Below are positions 36,819-45,787 of a stretch of DNA of 64,000 nt, one piece after another; the first letter of the stretch is position 1; each line of letters starts with the position of its first letter. The position numbers were made by a program, and so were the translations under genes. The notes under the pieces were generated by a model. It was not told where the DNA came from, searched no databases, and worked only from the letters and a program-made list of their open reading frames with translations. Source of the DNA: an uncultured bacterium (GTDB taxonomy: Bacteria; Hydrothermota; Tepidihabitantia; SM23-42); assembly GCA_964419565.1 (NCBI GenBank), contig CAYQPW010000001.1, forward strand, positions 88,754-152,753, given 5' to 3'.

Positions 36819-39701
36819 ATGAAAGGTTTGAAATTGTGCATTATAGCACTGTGTACAGTGTTTCTGCTGTATGCACAGACATCTGGCGTATCCGTTGACA
36901 ATATACGTTTAGCGCCAAGATTACTCAATTACCAGGCGTATCTGACCGATACACTCGGTGTGCCGATCGATGATTCGCTCGACATGACAATAAAAATCTT
37001 CGATGCGGTATCGGGTGGTAATGAGCTGTGGTCAGAGACCCAGACGAATGTGCCTATCGAAAGCGGTGTTTTCAGCGTCATGCTCGGTGAAGTAACGCCG
37101 ATACCAGATAGTGTGTTCTCTGATTTCACAGACACATGGATTGAATTGACACTTGAGGGACCCCAGATATTGACACCCCGTACGCGCATTACCTCAGTCG
37201 GCTATGCCTATACTTCAACGTATTCGGACACGAGCGAGTATGTAAGGATCGGCTTGCCAGATAGTGATTGGGTTTTTAACAACAATCGTCTTTACCCGGC
37301 TGGTGATTATGGGTTAGCCATGCGCAGCAGTAATGTGATGTGGGGTACAGCTTTCAATACCCATGTTAATTTTGGGGTTGCGTGTACGACCGGAGTTTTG
37401 ATGCTTAACAATGAATACTGTACAGTGGGCGGCGGCTATCGTAACCGTGCAACTTATTCTTCAGCGACGGTTGCTGGTGGCTGGCAGAATACAGCAGCTC
37501 ACCATTATGCTGCGGTTGGTGGTGGAAGTTATAATTATAATGGCGGTTATTATTCAGTTATCCCTGGCGGTTATGCCGATACGATCACTGCGACAGGTGG
37601 TTATTCATATTTGTTCGGCATTAACTCGAACCTTACCCAGGATTCAACCTTTATGGTCGACATGCCGCACATAAGATTCGGCGATGAGTCGAGTGGCTAT
37701 GAATTCCCGGTTCAGGACGGGTCAAACGGGCAGGTGATCCTGGCAAATGGCAGCGGTCAGTTATCCTGGACCAACATTTCGTCTTTAGGCAACTGGCCCA
37801 AGATCGATTCAGTGCTTTATACAAATAAGTACTGGGGTATTGCGCGCGGTGGTGCTGATAATGTTCTATATGGTGACAGCACGCATACTCATATTAATTT
37901 AGGAGCAGCATGCACGACCGGTATGAGTGGCTACAATATCAGATATTGCACAGTCAACGGCGGATACCGAAACCTTGCCACTAATAACGGTGCAACGGTA
38001 CGTGGTGGATTGTTGAATTTCGCAGGAGGTAATTATTCATCCGTAGGTGGCGGTTGTGCTGATAGTGCTGAACATCACTATGCAACAGTGGGTGGTGGGG
38101 ATTTTAACCGCGCCAGGCAGCAATATGCAACAGTCGGTGGCGGGAAGGATAACGACGCTCGTGAATACTATACGGTGGTTTGCGGCGGCGAGGTCAACCG
38201 CGCTCGTGCACAATGCGCAGCAGTTGGAGGCGGGCAATATAACATTGCCGACGATCGTTGTGCAATTGGCGGCGGATTTAGTAAGAGCGCTTCTGGCTTC
38301 TGTGCTGCAGCAGTTGGGGGAGATGCAAGTATTGCAACAGATGATTTTGCGGCGATTTGCGGTGGACTAAATAACCATGCCTCTTTAGATTATTCAAATG
38401 TGGGAGGTGGATATAATAACGCGAGTTGGTTGGATTATTCGACGATAACCGGCGGTTATGCAGATACAGCGTGGGCACGGTATGGCGGTATTATATCGGG
38501 CTGGCACAATACTGCGGGCGATACCTTGACTGATACTGCCGCTTTTGTCGGCGGCGGAAGAGATAATGCAGCGTTTGCACCGTATGCGTTTGTAGGCGGC
38601 GGTTATGCAGATAGTGTATGGGCTATGTACGGCGGTATTATATCGGGTTGGCATAATATCGCAGGAGATGCATCAACTGATACTGCTGCATTTATTAGTA
38701 GTGGAAAAGACAACGCCGCGATAGCACAATATTCAACGGTAAATGGTGGGCATGCCGACACAGTTCATGGCGTATATGGCGGTATAGCGTCTGGATACAG
38801 TAATTTTGCCGGTAATGTAGTATCAGATACCGCAGCAAATATAGCTGGCGGCTGGAGCAATCTTGCCGCGGCCAAATACTCATTTGTCGGCGGCGGTCGT
38901 GATAACATTGCCGACAGTGCCTATGCTGTGGTTGGCAGTGGATATCACAACAGCTCCAGTGGTAACTATACGACCGTGATCAGCGGATTGAATAACAGAA
39001 CATATGCGCGATACGCGGCCGTGGGTGGTGGAATAAATAACCGGGCAAACGCACAATATGCAACGGTAAATAGCGGCGATCAAAATACAACCAGCGGCGA
39101 TTATTCGACTATTGCAGGCGGCTATGCCGATACTGTTGCAGCATATGCTGGTTTTGCGACAAATTATAGTACCAAGGTCAATGTCAGCGATACTAATTCA
39201 GCTGCATTTACGACAAGTCATACGACCGCGCCAAATCAAGTTCGTGCTGCAGCATTCTCTACCGGGTCATTGGTCTTTTCTATGGACCATCCAATAAACC
39301 CTGCAGAGAAGATCCTTAACCAATATGCCGTTGGATCATCCGAGGCAGTGTTGTTATATAACGGCAATGCATTTATTGGAGAAAACGGTCGTATCAGAGT
39401 TTTCTTACCCAATTATTTTGATGGGATTAATAAGAATCCACGCATTCAATTGACCGGTGTTGGTTCTTCTGATGTTGTGTATGTGGTAAAAGAAGTTAAA
39501 GGCAATTCATTTATTATCGGCGGTAAACCGGGTATGAAAGTTTACTGGACGGTTACTGCGGAGCGCGAAGATATTCATGCTGAGATCGCGCGCATTCATA
39601 CACCGATTGAACAACCAAAAACCGATGATCTCATCGGGCATTCACTTGACCATGATGCATCCATCGGATTCAGTGGATATTGGTTTTTGAGGGGGGAATA
39701 A
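36819..39701 (+). CDS. large secreted beta-roll repeat protein (adhesin / tail-fibre-like), paralog 1 (~960 aa)
   Basis: Start moved to the ATG at 36819 (GAGGAGG RBS, signal peptide MKGLKLCIIALCTVFLLYAQ). Conserved ~110-aa N-domain (LLNYQ.YLTDT.G.PIDDSLDMT.KIFDAVS.GNELWSETQT.VPIE.GVFS). Tens of 15-aa (Y/F)ATVGGG..N.AS.. repeats. Motif YSYLFGINSNLTQDSTFMVDMPHI.FG...GYEFP..DGS.GQ.L...GSGQLSW. Conserved ~170-aa C-domain. No T9SS tail. Confidence 0.8.
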   Translation: MKGLKLCIIALCTVFLLYAQTSGVSVDNIRLAPRLLNYQAYLTDTLGVPIDDSLDMTIKIFDAVSGGNELWSETQTNVPIESGVFSVMLGEVTPIPDSVFSDFTDTWIELTLEGPQILTPRTRITSVGYAYTSTYSDTSEYVRIGLPDSDWVFNNNRLYPAGDYGLAMRSSNVMWGTAFNTHVNFGVACTTGVLMLNNEYCTVGGGYRNRATYSSATVAGGWQNTAAHHYAAVGGGSYNYNGGYYSVIPGGYADTITATGGYSYLFGINSNLTQDSTFMVDMPHIRFGDESSGYEFPVQDGSNGQVILANGSGQLSWTNISSLGNWPKIDSVLYTNKYWGIARGGADNVLYGDSTHTHINLGAACTTGMSGYNIRYCTVNGGYRNLATNNGATVRGGLLNFAGGNYSSVGGGCADSAEHHYATVGGGDFNRARQQYATVGGGKDNDAREYYTVVCGGEVNRARAQCAAVGGGQYNIADDRCAIGGGFSKSASGFCAAAVGGDASIATDDFAAICGGLNNHASLDYSNVGGGYNNASWLDYSTITGGYADTAWARYGGIISGWHNTAGDTLTDTAAFVGGGRDNAAFAPYAFVGGGYADSVWAMYGGIISGWHNIAGDASTDTAAFISSGKDNAAIAQYSTVNGGHADTVHGVYGGIASGYSNFAGNVVSDTAANIAGGWSNLAAAKYSFVGGGRDNIADSAYAVVGSGYHNSSSGNYTTVISGLNNRTYARYAAVGGGINNRANAQYATVNSGDQNTTSGDYSTIAGGYADTVAAYAGFATNYSTKVNVSDTNSAAFTTSHTTAPNQVRAAAFSTGSLVFSMDHPINPAEKILNQYAVGSSEAVLLYNGNAFIGENGRIRVFLPNYFDGINKNPRIQLTGVGSSDVVYVVKEVKGNSFIIGGKPGMKVYWTVTAEREDIHAEIARIHTPIEQPKTDDLIGHSLDHDASIGFSGYWFLRGE

Positions 39702-42667
39702 TGAAATTATTCAAGATACTTCTTTTATTCTTATTCGTATTTTGTAATCTCTATGCACAGATGACACGTGTTTCAATGGACAATGGACGGTTGGTGCCTC
39801 AGCTGCTCAATTACCAGGGCTATCTTACTGACACGACTGGTATTCCAATTGATGATTCGCTCGATATGACGTTTAAAATATTTGATGCCGTGTCGAGCGG
39901 TAATGAATTGTGGTCAGAAACACAGACAAGTGTCCCGATCGAGCGCGGCGTGTTCAGTATCATACTCGGTGAGATAACACCGATCCCGGACAGTGTCTTT
40001 GACGATTTTTCAAACACATGGTTCGAGCTAACACTTGAAGGACCTCAGACCTTAGCGCCCCGCACGCGCATCACGTCAGTAGGGTATGCATATACTTCAA
40101 CGTATTCGGACACGGCTGAGTTCGCAAGAGTGGGCGCAGCAGATAATGACTGGATTGTCAACAGTAATCGTCTTTACCCGGCTGGTGACTATGGGTTAGC
40201 GATGCGCAGCAGTAATGTCATGTGGGGGTCAAATCTCAATACCCACGTGAATTTTGGCGTGTCCTGTACGACCGGTACCCTCTTACAGAACTATAATTAC
40301 TGCACTATCGGCGGTGGCTATCGTAATCGTGCAACACATTCTGCGGCGACCGTTGCCGGTGGATATCAGAATACCGCGGCTTATCATTATGCTGCGGTGG
40401 GCGGTGGGCGTTACAATTATAATGCCGGTTACTATTCAGTTATTCCAGGCGGTTATGCAGATACGATCACCGCGACCGGTGATTATTCGTATCTTTTCGG
40501 TATCAACAGCAACCTCACCCAGGATTCGACCTTCATGGTCGACATGCCGCACATTTGGTTTGGGAATGAAACAGGCGGGTATGAATTTCCAACATCAGAT
40601 GGTTTGGCTGATCAGACATTAATCACAGATGGCAGCGGACAGCTGAATTGGTCTGATGTGCCGTCATCAAGCAACTGGTCAGTTACCGATTCTGTGCTTT
40701 ATACAAATAATTACTGGGGTCTGACCCGCGGTGGTGCTGATAATGCTCTTTATGGTGATTTTGCTTATAGCCATGTCAATTTAGGAGTTGCATGCACGAC
40801 TGGATATTACCTAAGTAATAATTCATACTGCACTGTCAGCGGTGGATATCAAAACTCCGCCAGTGACTGGTACGCCACAATTGGCGGAGGTTTACAGAAC
40901 ATTGCGAGTGACTGGTACGCGACGGTCGGTGGAGGTTTACAGAATACGGCCAGTAATAACTACACGACCATAGGCGGCGGAGACAATAACCAGGCACTTG
41001 AACAGTATGCAACGATCGGCGGCGGATGGAATAACACTGCTGGTGGTTTATTTTCCACTATTGGCGGCGGTTATTGGAACACTGCAATTGGTGATTATGC
41101 AGCGATCTGCGGAGGACAGAGTAATCTGGCTGCTGGCGATTATGCAACTGTAGTTGGCGGTCAAAATAACCTTGCTGATAGCGCCTATACGACTATTGGC
41201 GGTGGTTATTATAATAAGGCGAGTGGTGATTATGCAGCAGTGAGCGGCGGTTATTATAGCCATGCTCTGGGCTATTGTACATATGTTGGTGGTGGTTATC
41301 GTAATAATGCAGTTGGTTATTGTGCGTTTGTAGGCGGCGGTTATGCGGATACAACGCGCGCAGATTATGGCGGTGTTGCATCGGGTTGGCATAATACTGC
41401 AGGAGATGCTTTGACTGATACCGCTGCGTTTGTGGGCGGCGGGAAAGATAATGCAGCTTTTGCACCGTATGCGAATGTCGGAGGTGGCTATGCAGATACT
41501 GTATGGGCTTTATATGGCGGTGTTGCATCGGGTTGGCATAATACTGCAGGAGATGCTTTGACTGATACCGCCGCGTTTGTGGGCGGCGGCAAAGATAATG
41601 CAGCGCTTGCACCGTATGCGAATGTTGCTGGTGGATATGCAAATACGGTTCAGGCACTGTATGGCGGTGTTGCATCGGGTTGGCATAATATAGCAGGAGA
41701 TGCTTCTAATGATACCGCTGCGTTTGTCGGCGGCGGGAAAGATAATGCCGCGTTTGCGCCGTATGCGAATGTCGGAGGCGGCTATGCAGATACTGTTTAT
41801 GCAGTGTACGGTGGTATTGGTTCTGGATACAGTAATCTGGCCGGCGATGAGACGGCAGATACTGCAGCAGCGGTTGCAGGTGGCTTGAACAATTCAGCTA
41901 CGGGTAAATATTCGTTTGTCGGCGGCGGTCGCGATAACATCGCCAGTGCAGATTACGCATCAGTAGCCAGTGGGTTTCAGAATACGGCCAGCGGCAATTA
42001 TGCGGTAGTAGCCGGCGGTTATGATAATACTGCTTCATCCTATGCGAGTTTTGCGGCGAATTCCGGCTCTCAAGCCTCCCACAATATGTCCGCAGCGTTT
42101 ACTATTAGCCATACCACAGCACCACTTCAAGTCCGCGCAATGGCGTTTTCCACAGGGACATTGGTTTTCTCGATGGATCATCCGTCCGATCCGATGAACA
42201 AGATACTCAATCAACATGCTGTGGGGTCTTCTGAGGCAATATTACTATATAATGGTACTGCGACTATTGAAGAAAATGGTCGTGTCGAGGTATTGCTTCC
42301 TGATTATTTTGAAAAGATCAATAGGAATGCCTGTATCCAGATAACCGGTGTCGGTTCTTCTGAGGTCGTGTTTGTTGCCGAAGATTTAAAAGGAAATTCA
42401 TTTATTATCGGCGGTCAGCCCGGCACAAAAGTCTACTGGACTGTGACCGGCGAGCGTACGGATATCCACGCCGAGATCGCGCGCACCCTGACCCCGGTCG
42501 TCCAGGAAAAGACCGGTGATTTGATCGGACACTCGCTCGACGATGATGCGCTCATCGGTATTTACGATCGCCTGCAGCAAGAAAAACCTGGTATGTTTTC
42601 ATTTAAAACTGAAGAAGGCCGCCGTGTCCACGAACAGAGTAAACAAACTGTAGAGAGTAGGGAGTAG
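39701..42667 (+). CDS. large secreted beta-roll repeat protein, paralog 2 (~988 aa), tandem to paralog 1
   Basis: ATG at 39701 overlaps the upstream stop (TAATG). Signal peptide MKLFKILLLFLFVFCNLYAQ. Same architecture; N- and C-domains ~75% identical to paralog 1. Confidence 0.8.
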   Translation: MKLFKILLLFLFVFCNLYAQMTRVSMDNGRLVPQLLNYQGYLTDTTGIPIDDSLDMTFKIFDAVSSGNELWSETQTSVPIERGVFSIILGEITPIPDSVFDDFSNTWFELTLEGPQTLAPRTRITSVGYAYTSTYSDTAEFARVGAADNDWIVNSNRLYPAGDYGLAMRSSNVMWGSNLNTHVNFGVSCTTGTLLQNYNYCTIGGGYRNRATHSAATVAGGYQNTAAYHYAAVGGGRYNYNAGYYSVIPGGYADTITATGDYSYLFGINSNLTQDSTFMVDMPHIWFGNETGGYEFPTSDGLADQTLITDGSGQLNWSDVPSSSNWSVTDSVLYTNNYWGLTRGGADNALYGDFAYSHVNLGVACTTGYYLSNNSYCTVSGGYQNSASDWYATIGGGLQNIASDWYATVGGGLQNTASNNYTTIGGGDNNQALEQYATIGGGWNNTAGGLFSTIGGGYWNTAIGDYAAICGGQSNLAAGDYATVVGGQNNLADSAYTTIGGGYYNKASGDYAAVSGGYYSHALGYCTYVGGGYRNNAVGYCAFVGGGYADTTRADYGGVASGWHNTAGDALTDTAAFVGGGKDNAAFAPYANVGGGYADTVWALYGGVASGWHNTAGDALTDTAAFVGGGKDNAALAPYANVAGGYANTVQALYGGVASGWHNIAGDASNDTAAFVGGGKDNAAFAPYANVGGGYADTVYAVYGGIGSGYSNLAGDETADTAAAVAGGLNNSATGKYSFVGGGRDNIASADYASVASGFQNTASGNYAVVAGGYDNTASSYASFAANSGSQASHNMSAAFTISHTTAPLQVRAMAFSTGTLVFSMDHPSDPMNKILNQHAVGSSEAILLYNGTATIEENGRVEVLLPDYFEKINRNACIQITGVGSSEVVFVAEDLKGNSFIIGGQPGTKVYWTVTGERTDIHAEIARTLTPVVQEKTGDLIGHSLDDDALIGIYDRLQQEKPGMFSFKTEEGRRVHEQSKQTVESRE

Positions 42668-42975
42668 AGAGAAAGGGAATACACATCCGCCACATTCATG
42701 GCGTATTGAAGACACGCTGACGCTGAAGACATGTCACTTCGTTCCTGAAGGCACGCTACGCTGAAAAAAACCAGAAAAGCTGGAAGGACAAATATAACGA
42801 TATCAACGATCTCTAACTTAAATCACTGCAATCTGCTTATGCATCTCTGTAATCGACACCGTGGGTGAAACGATCTAAACGATCCAAACGTCTTTTAACA
42901 ACTTAGTTACTTAATGACTATTCTTTTACTAATCCTTTTTGTTTTGCTGCTTACTGCCTAGTTCCTAGTGCCTAC
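42655..42975 (+). repeat. mosaic intergenic repeat element, copy 4 (longest)
   Basis: Begins ...agagaaagggaatacacatccgccacattcatggcg...ttgaagacacgctgacgctgaagacatgtcacttcgttcctgaagg... Ends ...ttgctgcttactgcctagttcctagtgcctactgtc, which resembles the inverted 19795-19825 motif and 44008-44045. Boundaries approximate. Confidence 0.55.
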
Positions 42976-42983
42976 TGTCTTTT

Positions 42984-43256
42984 CTACGATCTCAGTGGCA
43001 TTTCGATGCGCAAAAGTCCGTGTCCAAATGCAGCTATCGCCTTTTTCGCGATGACCGGGAAGCGGAAGCACATGTACTTGGCATAATGTATATCGCCGGA
43101 AACTGCAAAAAGGATCAAGCACCTGGAATTGACTCTTAATTTTATATTATTTTGTGAGACATTGGGCAGCACTATCTCGACGGTCATATGATTCATCTGG
43201 TCATCAAGGTACGTGCATACCTCAGGCTCTAATTTCTTGCGGATAAAGGGCTTCAT
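42984..43256 (-). CDS. minimal alpha-crystallin-domain (Hsp20-like) protein, 90 aa; paralog of 20261-20530
   Basis: ...EPEVCTYLDDQMNHMTVEIVLPNVSQNNIKLRVNSRCLILFA...LLRIEMPL. Start overlaps the upstream gene stop (ATGA). Confidence 0.6.
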   Translation of the reverse strand: MKPFIRKKLEPEVCTYLDDQMNHMTVEIVLPNVSQNNIKLRVNSRCLILFAVSGDIHYAKYMCFRFPVIAKKAIAAFGHGLLRIEMPLRS

Positions 43257-43657
43257 AAGAATGTAATCTCCTTTAAAGCGGTCAAAATCGCAAATATCCG
43301 CTCATTGTTACTTGCTCTATCAATTGGATTGAAGAAGAAACCCTGGCGCTGTACTGAATAACCATTAGTGATCCCGTAGAGAATTTCGCCATCCAGAAAT
43401 TCAACCTTTACTTTTTTACCGTAAACTTTTATTCCTTTAAAATCGTCGAAAGATTTCTTTAATGACGAATGGCCGTTTCCATTCAAGTCCTTGACAAAAA
43501 AGACCGCTTTGAGCACGTGCGTGTGCACGATAAACGGTCTATCTCCTTGTTCTGTTTTTATCATTAGATGGAATACTTCCTTATCCGGGTTAAAGTCGGT
43601 TGTATAGCCCCGGATAATTGCTCCATCAAGAAAACGTGCGACAACTTTATTTAACAT
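43253..43657 (-). CDS. hypothetical protein with internal duplication (134 aa), translationally coupled to the ACD-like gene
   Basis: Two related halves: ...VARFLDGAIIRGYTTDFNPDKEVFHL... and ...VEFLDGEILYGITNGYSVQRQGFFFNP... Confidence 0.5.
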   Translation of the reverse strand: MLNKVVARFLDGAIIRGYTTDFNPDKEVFHLMIKTEQGDRPFIVHTHVLKAVFFVKDLNGNGHSSLKKSFDDFKGIKVYGKKVKVEFLDGEILYGITNGYSVQRQGFFFNPIDRASNNERIFAILTALKEITFL

Positions 43658-43889
43658 GATCCATTCCTTTCTATATTTATATACAGCAGATACTCGACTT
43701 TATTCATTGTAAAGGGTTTTCGAGTTCGTGTTTTAATAGGCTTCATACCCTTATAATATGCAAATCATATGCCAGTCAAATGTTTTGAAATTTCAAGGAT
43801 TTATAGATATTTCATGCACAAATCAACAGTTCTCTGCACAAAAATTGTGCAGTATTTTAGCTCTTCTGGTCTTTTTTGTTTTTTTAGTT

Positions 43890-44060
43890 ACTCAATTACA
43901 TAATTACTATTCTCTTACGAACACGAATAACGATTCACGAATACGATTTTATTTGGTCTTTTTAGTTATTGTGGTTTTTCTCTTTGCTCTTTACTCATTA
44001 CGCCATACGCTTTTGCTGCTTACTGCCTACTTCTTAGTGTCTGCTGTCCGTTTACTCAGT
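43890..44060 (+). repeat. mosaic intergenic repeat element, copy 5
   Basis: ...tacgaacacgaataacgattcacgaatacgatt... and ...ttgctgcttactgcctacttcttagtgtctgctgtc, related to 30850-30870 and 42938-42973. Confidence 0.5.
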
Positions 44061-45424
44061 TTATGCCGGTACATCGACCGGTCAGCAGTCGACAGTAATT
44101 TATATACTGTTTGTGGTTTTTCCGGGTTGTAATGAGCCCAGCCGATGCTCAGCCTGAGGGAGAAAGGCAAGCTTGTTTTTTTGTTGAATGAATCAAGGCT
44201 TGCCAGTAATCGAATATAAAGGTCTTGAGCACGGGTTTCCCCGGTTTCTGAGGTTAGTACAACGAATTCATCACCACCGATGCGGGCTATTATGTCGGAT
44301 CTACGGAACGTCGCTTTAAGTATGTTAGTTGTTTCGATCAAAGCCCGGTCTCCGATCGCATGACCGAATTTATCGTTTATCGCTTTGAGATTATCGAGGT
44401 CGGTAAAAAGCAGGATCACCGCTTTTCTCTTGGATACGGCGATCTTTAATTGATGTTCGGCCAGGGTCATAAAACCGCGCCGGTTGTACAGTCCGGTAAG
44501 ATCATCGACCAGAGAAAGAGCACGCAGCTGGTCTTCTTTCTGCTTACGCTCGGTAATGTCTTCGATCACACCATCTATCCATTTTACCTGACCTCTGTCA
44601 TCAGACTGCGCGCGCGCATAGATCGATACCCATATTGGTTTTCCGTCTTTTTTCTCCATTAAAATTTCACGATTTTTAACGAATTTCTTACGCTTCAATT
44701 CTTTTATCAACCCGAGTCGATCCTTACGATCATGATATAATTCCTGAACCTTGATTTTCAGCAGCTCTTTCAATGATTTGTAGCCAAACATCTTGACCAG
44801 GGCAGGGTTAACCTGCACAAAATGGCCTTCAGGATCGCCCGTAGTTCGAAAGACACCGACATTTACGTTTTCAACGATCGTCCTGAATTTGATATCGATA
44901 TCACGAAGAGCCAATTCCGCAGTTTTATGTTCAGTAATGTCCTGTGTAAGGATGACGATCTGCTCGACCTTTTTCCTTTTGTTCTGGATCGCATAATAAT
45001 ACTGTGATATCCACATCGTTGCGTTCGTCTTTTGATTGTGCACTTTGAGTTCAGGCAGGAATAATTCACCGCCGTGTTCAAAAATACGCCTGAATTTTGA
45101 TATTTTGCCCTTGAGGTAAGGATATCTTTTGCTCAACGGCAGATACCTGGTTTTTCTGTCTTGTATCATGACCTGCCGCGTTGTAAGCCCCCATAATTTT
45201 TTCCAGGCTTTATTGACGAAGAGAAGATCTCCAAAGCGATCGCGGATAGAGATGCCGACCGGTGAATGGTCGAACAATGCGTGGTTAAGTACTTTACTTT
45301 TACGCAGCATTTCTTTGAGTTGTAGGTTCACGGTTTCGAGCTTACTAACGCGCTGGTTTGACCTACGCTGTTTTTTCTTTTTTAATCGATTCTTGCTTTT
45401 TCGTTTACTAGTTTTTTTCTTCAT
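44027..45424 (-). CDS. PAS-PAS-GGDEF diguanylate cyclase with Lys/Arg-rich N-terminus
   Basis: C-terminal GGDEF domain with ...RIGGDEFVVL..., two PAS-like regions, N-terminal MKKKTSKRKSKNRLKKKKQRR. Confidence 0.8.
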   Translation of the reverse strand: MKKKTSKRKSKNRLKKKKQRRSNQRVSKLETVNLQLKEMLRKSKVLNHALFDHSPVGISIRDRFGDLLFVNKAWKKLWGLTTRQVMIQDRKTRYLPLSKRYPYLKGKISKFRRIFEHGGELFLPELKVHNQKTNATMWISQYYYAIQNKRKKVEQIVILTQDITEHKTAELALRDIDIKFRTIVENVNVGVFRTTGDPEGHFVQVNPALVKMFGYKSLKELLKIKVQELYHDRKDRLGLIKELKRKKFVKNREILMEKKDGKPIWVSIYARAQSDDRGQVKWIDGVIEDITERKQKEDQLRALSLVDDLTGLYNRRGFMTLAEHQLKIAVSKRKAVILLFTDLDNLKAINDKFGHAIGDRALIETTNILKATFRRSDIIARIGGDEFVVLTSETGETRAQDLYIRLLASLDSFNKKTSLPFSLRLSIGWAHYNPEKPQTVYKLLSTADRSMYRHKLSKRTADTKK

Positions 45425-45712
45425 TACACGCTAAGGCTAGGTAATAATACACATATATTAAAAAAAAGTCAAGGGAAAATATCACCATATCAGTAAACCT
45501 CCTCACATCATAGACTTAAGTCTAATTATATCGATTTATTATAATTTGTCAACACCCATGTTGATTATTGTTTATTTCTTGTAGTCGCCCGATTCATCGG
45601 GTAATGTCTGATAAATCAGACGACTACAGTCTATTTTTGGTTTTTTTAATCTTTTTATTTACCTGATTTTCTGATAGCCTGATCTGCATGATCAAAACGT
45701 TTTTGTGTAAAA

Positions 45713-45780
45713 TTACTTTAGATATATGGAACGAGGGCAGGCGATTTACCTATGTTTTTTCTAATATGAAAAATCGGTCA
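45713..45780 (+). repeat. conserved ~65-nt intergenic element, copy 2
   Basis: See 32455-32520. Lies between the 3' end of the nuoI-gltD fusion gene and the 5' end of the GGDEF gene (both minus strand). Confidence 0.6.
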
Positions 45781-45787
45781 GATAACT

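Noticed and set aside
41193-41675. His/Arg/Gln-rich 160-aa minus-strand ORF, and other stacked antisense ORFs (37411-37674, 38037-39083, 40254-40622, 41048-41392, 62744-63997) inside the giant repeat genes
   Set aside because: These are off-frame or antisense readings of the periodic GGC-GGC-rich 45-nt repeats. The plus-strand frame has signal peptides, RBSs and conserved N- and C-domains.
36819-42667. Giant repeat proteins as T9SS cargo, or the repeat-rich DNA as a CRISPR-like array
   Set aside because: No KIVKIR-type C-terminal tail is present. The nucleotide repeats are in-frame coding repeats without unique spacers, and no cas genes are present.
19790-44060. Mosaic repeats as insertion sequences or a prophage
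   Set aside because: No transposase, integrase, terminal inverted repeats with target duplications, or phage structural genes were recognised anywhere in the window.
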